Positions 63,746-64,000 of a stretch of 64,000 bases of DNA are shown one piece after another. Origin of the DNA: Raja brachyura. Its lineage: Eukaryota. A program made the translations under genes and the position numbers. The stretch is taken from positions 39,432,001 through 39,496,000 of the forward strand of contig OY740808.1 in NCBI GenBank assembly GCA_963514005.1, in the 5' to 3' direction. Each line of letters begins with the position of its first letter. Positions within the stretch are counted from its first letter, which is position 1. The notes under the pieces are model-generated. The model was not told the origin of the DNA and did no database searches. It saw only the letters and a list, made by a program, of their open reading frames with translations.

Positions 63746-64000
63746 TGTCCTTAAATGGGACGTAGGGGAGGAGAAAGGGAGGAAGTGTGATAGAGGGGGA
63801 GAGGGATTAGGCAGAGAGAGATGGGGAGGGTGATGAGGGGAGGGAGGGGGAGATTGAGGGGGTGAGAGTGGGAGGGGGGCCGGTATGAAATGGGATGGAG
63901 AGAGAAATGAGGGGAGGAGAGAGTGAGGGGGGAAATAAAGGGGGTGTGAGGAAAGGGAGGACGATGGGGCAGAGAAAGAGGGAGAGAGGGGGGGTGAGGG

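Overview
Repeat-saturated vertebrate DNA, most likely from a cartilaginous fish (skate/ray-like Ig and repeat families). The only host gene found is one immunoglobulin heavy-chain (IgM-type) cluster on the + strand: leader 44238-44283, a V exon already fused in the genome to its J segment with no RSS or recognisable D (44459-44799), Cmu1 49509-49795 and Cmu2 51220-51538. The V(D)J junction, Cmu1 and Cmu2 each carry a frameshift, so it reads as a germline-joined IgM pseudogene; Cmu3, Cmu4 and TM exons are not seen in the window. The rest is transposon-derived. It includes a structurally complete DIRS1-type tyrosine-recombinase retrotransposon (23442-34928, ITRs plus ICR, ATT crossover) inside a CR1 and itself carrying a full-length L1, a CR1 3' end fused in frame to its RT, and a locally templated insertion. 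There are also further L1, CR1, Rex1 and Crack-like LINEs, V-SINEs, a solo LTR, MITEs, two minisatellites, and Penelope elements whose terminal repeats carry minimal hammerhead-ribozyme motifs. Family names come from recalled motifs, not database searches, and boundaries of degenerate repeats are approximate.
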